From assembly GCA_963793265.1 (NCBI GenBank), contig CAWBZI010000002.1, forward strand, positions 32,001 through 96,000: 64,000 nt of DNA. The letters are read 5' to 3'. Positions 59,989-64,000 of this stretch are shown here, piece by piece (within the stretch, counting starts at the first letter, position 1; the number at the start of each line of letters is the position of its first letter). A program made the position numbers and the translations under genes. Below the pieces are notes generated by a model that saw only the letters and a list, made by a program, of their open reading frames with translations, was not told the DNA's origin and did no database searches. This DNA is from an uncultured cyanobacterium (GTDB lineage: Bacteria; Cyanobacteriota; Cyanobacteriia; Phormidesmidales; Phormidesmidaceae).

Positions 59989-61416
59989 ATGACGCTAGAA
60001 CCTGCTGAGATAGCTGCTCAAAACAATGCTTTATCTGGGAAGCTGAGCGATCGCACCATCGACGGCCCTAAAGCGAAAGGACTGCGCCGCTTGCTGCGAG
60101 TGCTCTACCTTATTTTGCAGCCGACAAACTACATGGACGACAACGTTCGGCGGTATGGCCCAACGTTCCAAATTGGCGCTGATAGCGAGTCGCCGCTGGT
60201 GTATGTGGGCGATCCAGAGATGGTACGAGAGATTTTTACGCTAGATGCTAGCACCGCTGAAACGGGAAGTCGCAACCGGGTGCTTCAGCCGATGGTAGGC
60301 GATCGCTCTATTCTGCTGCTAGATGGCGATCCTCACCGCAAGCAGCGTAAGCTGCTAATGCCCCCTTTTCATGGCGATCGCCTGCGCGCTTATGGCGAGC
60401 TAATTTGTGAGATCACTCGCCAGGTGAGCGCCGATTGGCGAGTAGGGCAATCAGTTGTAGCGCGGCCTCCAATCCAGTCGTTGACGCTGGGCGTGATATT
60501 ACAGGCTGTTTTCGGCTTAAGAGAAGGGCCAAGGCTTTCTAAACTACAGCAGCAAATGGGTACTTTGCTAGACTTCTTTTCATATCCGATTAGCGCTAGC
60601 TTCTTGTTCTTCCCAGCGCTACAAAAAGATTGGAGACTTTGGAGCCCGTGGACAAAGTTCACTCATCTACGAGAAGAGGTGCGTACGCTACTCTACGCCG
60701 AGATTCGAGAGCGACGTCTGTCTCTTCAAAGCGCAGATGGCACTCAAACAAAAAGGACTGACATTCTCACGCTCTTGCTTCAATCAAGAGATGAACATGG
60801 CGAAGCGATGAGTGATGAAGAACTTCATGATGAGCTGGTCACGCTACTGCTAGCTGGGCATGAAACTACCGCATCTGCCATCGTTTGGGCGCTCTATTGG
60901 ATTCACTACCTGCCAGAGGTTCACAGTAAGCTACGCGCTGAACTAACCGCGCTTGGCCCTAATTCTGAACCGGTAGCGATTCTCCAGCTTCCCTACCTGA
61001 ATGCGCTATGCCTGGAAACCCTACGCATATATCCAATTACGCCAACGACATTTGTGCGGGTGTTGCGATCGCCGCGTACCATTGCCGGTCATCACTTCAA
61101 AGCTGGGACGGCCTTAATGCCTGCAACCTACATTATTCATCAACGCCCAGACATCTACCCAGCACCTAAACAATTTCGCCCCGAGCGGTTTCTAGAACGC
61201 CAGTTTGCCCCTCATGAGTTCCTGCCTTTTGGCGGCGGTCATCGCCGCTGTATCGGCTCGGCCCTAGCGATGATGGAACTCAAGCTCAGCGTCGCTACGC
61301 TGCTACAGGACTTCGAGTTAGCGCTCGTACGACCTCGCTCGCTACGGCCTGCTCGCCGAGGACTGACCATGGCCCCACCTGCTGCTATGACGTTCAAAGT
61401 GCGAAGGCACAAGTGA
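59989..61416 (+). CDS. Cytochrome P450 (CYP110-like)
   Basis: AGHETTA, ETLR, PERF, FGGGHRRCIG. Confidence 0.95.
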   Translation: MTLEPAEIAAQNNALSGKLSDRTIDGPKAKGLRRLLRVLYLILQPTNYMDDNVRRYGPTFQIGADSESPLVYVGDPEMVREIFTLDASTAETGSRNRVLQPMVGDRSILLLDGDPHRKQRKLLMPPFHGDRLRAYGELICEITRQVSADWRVGQSVVARPPIQSLTLGVILQAVFGLREGPRLSKLQQQMGTLLDFFSYPISASFLFFPALQKDWRLWSPWTKFTHLREEVRTLLYAEIRERRLSLQSADGTQTKRTDILTLLLQSRDEHGEAMSDEELHDELVTLLLAGHETTASAIVWALYWIHYLPEVHSKLRAELTALGPNSEPVAILQLPYLNALCLETLRIYPITPTTFVRVLRSPRTIAGHHFKAGTALMPATYIIHQRPDIYPAPKQFRPERFLERQFAPHEFLPFGGGHRRCIGSALAMMELKLSVATLLQDFELALVRPRSLRPARRGLTMAPPAAMTFKVRRHK

Positions 61417-61488
61417 ATGACAGCGCTCGACTAATACCGGAAGATAATTAGGCGGCTAAGCCTTAATATTTCTTATTGACTGAAAGGG

Positions 61489-61519
61489 TTGACCTTCAAG
61501 TGGCTTAAAACTTTAGAGT
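61489..61519 (+). promoter_or_regulatory. MerR-type promoter with 19-bp spacer
   Basis: TTGACC-N19-TAGAGT with the imperfect dyad TTCAAG-TGG-CTTAAA in the spacer. Confidence 0.6.
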
Positions 61520-61547
61520 TGCAAAGTGTCAAGTCAAAGGCAAATGC

Positions 61548-62387
61548 ATGTTTCGGATTGGTGAGTTTTCTAAAATTGCGCAGGTGCCTGCTAGCGTGCT
61601 GCGCTACTACAACGATATCGGATTATTTGTGCCAGTTCAGAGTGATCGCAACACAGGCTATCGATATTACAGCGTAGAGCAGCTCAGTCAGCTTAACCGG
61701 ATACTGGCGCTTAAAGAGCTAGGGCTAACGCTTGACCAAATCAAGCAGCTGATCAAAGAAGACGTTTCTACTGAAGAAATTCGGGGAATGCTCTTTCTTC
61801 GTAAAGCTCAAATAGAGCAAACACTTCAGGCGGAAGCCGTTCGCCTACGCGCTGTAGAATCGCGTCTGCAACAGCTAGAGAAAGCGGGCGGCTTTCAGGA
61901 CGACGACGTGGTGTTGAAAGCCTTATCTGCCCAGCCGTTTCTTTCGCTGCGATGTCAGTGCGAGGGGCTCGCACAAACGCTAGCCCTTATCGGCCAAATC
62001 AACACAGCGGTGGCTAAACAGGTCAGCGCTAAAGCACTAGGGCGCTTTACGGCAGTCATTCATAGCGAGCTGTACGAAGACAGTAACTGGGATTTGGAGT
62101 TTGGCTTTTGTCTTAGCCAGTCTCTTAATCCGGCTGTCTTGCTAGATAACAGTTTGATAATGAATGTCCGGGAGCTAGAGCCGGTTGATATGGCGGTCAC
62201 GGCAGTACGCTTTGGCGGGCCAGAAAACGGCCATCTTTCCTACAGTGCCATTGGCACCTGGGCCGAGAGGCACCAATATGAGCTAGTTGGGCCAGGACGG
62301 GAGGTCTTTATTGTGCCACCGAAACCTGGACACGAAGCTGAGATGGTCGTTGAGATTCAGTTTCCGGTTAAAGCCTCTCCCTTTTAG
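61548..62387 (+). CDS. MerR-family regulator with GyrI-like effector domain
   Basis: FRIGEFS, LRYY..IGL, TGYRYY; C-terminal GPGREVF...EIQFPV. Confidence 0.92.
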   Translation: MFRIGEFSKIAQVPASVLRYYNDIGLFVPVQSDRNTGYRYYSVEQLSQLNRILALKELGLTLDQIKQLIKEDVSTEEIRGMLFLRKAQIEQTLQAEAVRLRAVESRLQQLEKAGGFQDDDVVLKALSAQPFLSLRCQCEGLAQTLALIGQINTAVAKQVSAKALGRFTAVIHSELYEDSNWDLEFGFCLSQSLNPAVLLDNSLIMNVRELEPVDMAVTAVRFGGPENGHLSYSAIGTWAERHQYELVGPGREVFIVPPKPGHEAEMVVEIQFPVKASPF

Positions 62388-62510
62388 TTAGCCGCCAAAA
62401 CAAAATCACGCCTTGCCTGTGACTTAGGAAATAGGCATTCCAATCACCCTGGCTATCTAGCGAAAGCTAGCATCGCAATATTTCTGACGAACCTCAAAAG
62501 AGAGAACATT

Positions 62511-62915
62511 ATGACAATTGAACTTTGGACTTTACTGGGCGCAACTTTACTTTTGTGGATTGCTATTTTTGCTCAACAGATTGCGCTTGATAAGGCGGTT
62601 GGCGCTAAGTACGCCCTGTCCAACCGGGAGCAGGATCATAGTTTTGAGGGGGCAACCCTTCTACATGGTCGTTTAACACGTACGGTTCGCAACCATGTAG
62701 AAGGACTGTCGTTATTTACACCACTTATCCTCATAGCTTCAATCGCAGGCATATCAAATGTATGGACGCAATATGCAGCGATCGCATTCTTCATCACTCG
62801 GCTGCTTCACTTTGCATTTTACGCCGCTGGAATCATACCCTTCCGCAGCTTTGCTTGGGGCATCGGATTCTTCTTTGCGCTAGGTAGCTTTGTCTTTGGC
62901 TTGGTGACAGGATAA
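62511..62915 (+). CDS. MAPEG-family membrane protein
   Basis: GR..R...NHVE.L..F, RLLH..FY..G...RS. Confidence 0.85.
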   Translation: MTIELWTLLGATLLLWIAIFAQQIALDKAVGAKYALSNREQDHSFEGATLLHGRLTRTVRNHVEGLSLFTPLILIASIAGISNVWTQYAAIAFFITRLLHFAFYAAGIIPFRSFAWGIGFFFALGSFVFGLVTG

Positions 62916-62926
62916 TAGATTCCACC

Positions 62927-63260
62927 CTACTTACGCATTGCCTCAATAGCCTCTGCACTGGCGTTTTCCGCAGACTGGAGCGCACCTTCTATGTAGCTTT
63001 GCCATACCGTCGCGGTTTTGGTACCTGCTATGTGAATAGGTGAGCTGAAGTTGGTCAGCAGGCTTTTGCTTTCTATTTGCAGATGTTGCCAAGGTGCGTC
63101 AACAAAAATCTGTTTGGCTAAACGCTTGATTCGCCAGCTTAGCTGCCAAACGTCAAACAATCCAAACCAGGACAGCGGCGGCACGTTTTCAGACATTTTC
63201 TGCAACTGCCCGCGCACCTGGACAACTGGTTTTCTGCTTTCCCCGAAGTATTTATCTCAA
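62927..63260 (-). pseudogene. Flavin monoamine oxidase remnant
   Basis: C-terminal IHIAGTKTATVWQSYIEGALQSAE matches the amine-oxidase tail; most of the gene is absent. Confidence 0.6.
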
Positions 63261-63693
63261 CCTTTTTAAGCCTCAATTCTTCTGTCAAAGCCCAGATGCG
63301 ATCGCTTTCGTTTTAGTCAAAGCAATCGGCACAGTACTATGGTTGTCTTTAAGAGAACAACCGCTTTTCGGCAGCGCTGAGTTGTAGAAACTAAGCGGTT
63401 GGCATCGACTTACCTAAACAGCTATCACAGACAAGACGAATAGTCATCCAGACGATTGCATCGCGTTTACGAAGCATGAGTGAAGCTCATTAATTCAAAG
63501 CTCTGTTGATTGAAGTTTATGTGAAGTCTGTTCATAACGTATGCAAAGCCACATTTTTGATTGCGAGGGCGATCGCAGTATGTTCATAAGTACCCTAGTG
63601 ACTATACGCAGTACAAATTACGCAATCTAGATTCTAGCAATTAAGTATTTAAGGGACATGCGTCTAAATAAAGTACCGCTGATAGCGCTGTTC

Positions 63694-63774
63694 ATTGCCT
63701 CGGGCATAGCAGTGCTAAGCCCCTACAGAAATTGACGGTGACGTAGGGGCATAGCACGCTATGCCCAGGGCAAT
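63694..63774. repeat. Inverted REP doublet (REPIN-like)
   Basis: ATTGCCTCGGGCATAGCAGTGCTAAGCCCCTAC...GTAGGGGCATAGCACGCTATGCCCAGGGCAAT. Confidence 0.7.
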
Positions 63775-63888
63775 ATTTGTCGGTTTGCCGGTACTTTTTT
63801 TGAGCGCAGCTCCCTAAGCCCGTATAAAACATCGTTTTTCGACTAAATCGGCCTTATCGATCAAGACTTCCTCGAGAAGTTTCTACTC

Positions 63889-64000
63889 ATGCTGAACTTT
63901 GCTAAAAAGATTGCTTTCTACACAGCGCTGCCCACGGCAACACTCTTTTGCGCAGCTGATGCAGCGCTATCTGCTGGTTTCAATTTTAATGAGGCTACAG
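63889..64000 (+). CDS. Secreted protein, 3'-partial
   Basis: MLNFAKKIAFYTALPTATLFCAADAALSAGFNFNEAT...; signal-peptide-like; runs off the window. Confidence 0.55.
   Translation, partial: MLNFAKKIAFYTALPTATLFCAADAALSAGFNFNEAT

Noticed and set aside
1..64000. GCGATCGC over-representation as a novel repeat
   Set aside because: This is the well-known cyanobacterial HIP1 sequence

Overview
Cyanobacterial accessory-type DNA (very frequent HIP1 octamer GCGATCGC, NtcA-type boxes, devBCA and CYP110-like genes); the species cannot be assigned from sequence alone. From left to right: (1) two large acidic RTX-tailed multi-domain phosphoesterases for organic-P scavenging; (2) IS debris around an L,D-transpeptidase-like gene and an inverse-autotransporter/beta-helix gene that share a 47-bp upstream element; (3) a membrane gene split by an IS630; (4) a detox/regulator patch (TetR, AraC, MalT-like LuxR, methyltransferases); (5) the main item, a ~23 kb block at 27.7-50.8 kb. 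That block holds an Opp/Nik-type ABC transporter, HupE/UreJ, a cobalt-type nitrile hydratase with accessory protein, a COG0523 GTPase and DUF1097. These diverge, across a perfect NtcA box, from a sulfonate/nitrate-type ABC importer. Next come a LysR regulator fused to a copy of that importer's binding domain, an AprA/AprB-like flavoprotein-ferredoxin pair, a HEAT-repeat protein, Mrp/ApbC and two sulfur-oxyanion exporters. This looks like an uncharacterised pathway that mines nitrogen from an N+S compound; that function is inferred, not demonstrated. (6) The window ends with a DevBCA exporter, an amidase, a P450, MerR/MAPEG and more remnants. No rRNA, tRNA or CRISPR array was seen. All family calls come from motif recognition by eye, with no database search.
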